Positions 63,455 through 64,000 of a DNA stretch of 64,000 nt are shown one piece after another (positions within the stretch are counted from its first letter, which is position 1; the number at the start of each line of letters is the position of its first letter). Where the stretch lies: IMG/VR virus record IMGVR_UViG_3300045988_080614. The stretch is one strand, 5' to 3'. This DNA is from a virus. The notes beneath the pieces were generated by a model that had not been told where the DNA came from, ran no database searches, and was given only the letters and a program-made list of their open reading frames with translations. The position numbers and the translations under genes were made by a program.

Positions 63455-64000
63455 GAATAATAAATCAAATGGTTATACAACCAAATACACCTAATGATAA
63501 CAGAGTATTATGGTTAAATGGGAGCAGTGCTTCTTATTATAACAATGGTACTTGGGTTACTATAGGTGAGTCTTCTGAAGATAGGAGAGAACTTGAAGAA
63601 AAAGTAGATTCCCTAGATAAGGAGATGGGTCAAGTTAAGAAAGACCTTATGGTATTTGGTTCAGAACAAGGTGTAGTAGAATTAGAAATAGGAGATAGTG
63701 ATGAAATTAAAGCTAATAATTTAAAGAAACTTCAATCTATTCAAACTAATGACCATACTTTCTTTACAGATATTAATTATGGATATGGTACAGCTTCTTG
63801 GCTTCCTGCTACAGGAGGTACAGCACTTATTATAACAAGTGAAGGTCATGCAGTTAAATATTTAATATCTATTGAAGGAGTAGTAAGTAAAGATGAGGAA
63901 TTTACCTTAAAAGACTTTTCAACTGAATTAAATAATAAAGTAGATAAAGTTGAAGGTAAACAATTATCTAGTAATGATTATACTACAGCAGAAAAGAATA
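63451..64000 (+). CDS. hypothetical structural protein, 5' part (runs off the right edge)
   Basis: ATGA overlap with the portal stop. Frame stays open to the window end. KVDKVEGKQLSSNDYTTAEK resembles the G-K-x-L-S-x-N-D-[YF]-T repeat seen in phage fibre proteins. Confidence 0.5.
   Translation, partial: MRIINQMVIQPNTPNDNRVLWLNGSSASYYNNGTWVTIGESSEDRRELEEKVDSLDKEMGQVKKDLMVFGSEQGVVELEIGDSDEIKANNLKKLQSIQTNDHTFFTDINYGYGTASWLPATGGTALIITSEGHAVKYLISIEGVVSKDEEFTLKDFSTELNNKVDKVEGKQLSSNDYTTAEKN

Noticed and set aside
1-64000. Possible stop-codon reassignment or suppressor tRNA, as seen in some crAss-like lineages.
   Set aside because: Very long ORFs (2457, 1048, 794 and 749 aa) are intact under the standard code. 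None of the ten tRNAs has a CTA, TCA or TTA anticodon.
1-64000. Lysogeny module (integrase, repressor, attP).
   Set aside because: No recombinase-like ORF or motif was seen in this window. The only tRNA-adjacent ORF is a small membrane protein.

Overview
The window looks like about two thirds of a crAss-like (Crassvirales-type) Bacteroidota phage genome. This rests on a 2457-aa RNAP-like ORF with a DxDxD motif, repeated Bacteroidota-type TTTG-N20-TAnnTTTG promoters, and a TerL-portal pair. No homology search was run.

The DNA is very AT-rich. Hand-counted single lines give about 25% GC in typical regions and about 47% in one island.

**Layout**
- 1-49259, minus strand: giant virion-type RNA polymerase; nucleotide metabolism (ThyX, T4-Pnk-like kinase, dUTPase, NrdD/NrdG/redoxin, UDG); replication (family A DNA polymerase, primase, DnaB-like and SF2 helicases, AAA ATPase, nucleases); then about 13 kb of small orphan, presumably early, genes.
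- 49260-49776: divergent control region.
- 49777-64000, plus strand: lysozyme-bearing 1048-aa protein, ten tRNAs, small genes, large terminase, portal, and the start of a fibre-like gene.

**Main observations**
1. An E1(ThiF)-like gene and a JAMM/JAB peptidase gene sit beside two orphan partners that may be E2-like and beta-grasp-like. This resembles a phage-borne ubiquitin-like conjugation cassette.
2. Two group I introns share a P-Q-R-S core.
   - One splits nrdD and carries an HNH endonuclease gene with its own promoter.
   - The other splits the JAMM catalytic motif and carries a LAGLIDADG gene on the opposite strand, also with its own promoter.
3. A membrane-anchored retropepsin-like protease lies next to dUTPase.
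4. The tRNA array contains conserved hairpins, including one pair with an identical loop and compensatory stems.
5. A long-hairpin repeat family and a higher-GC, Shine-Dalgarno-using island lie in the early region.

No CRISPR array, rRNA, integrase or stop-codon recoding was seen. All coordinates for RNA and regulatory features were worked out by hand and could be off by a base or two.
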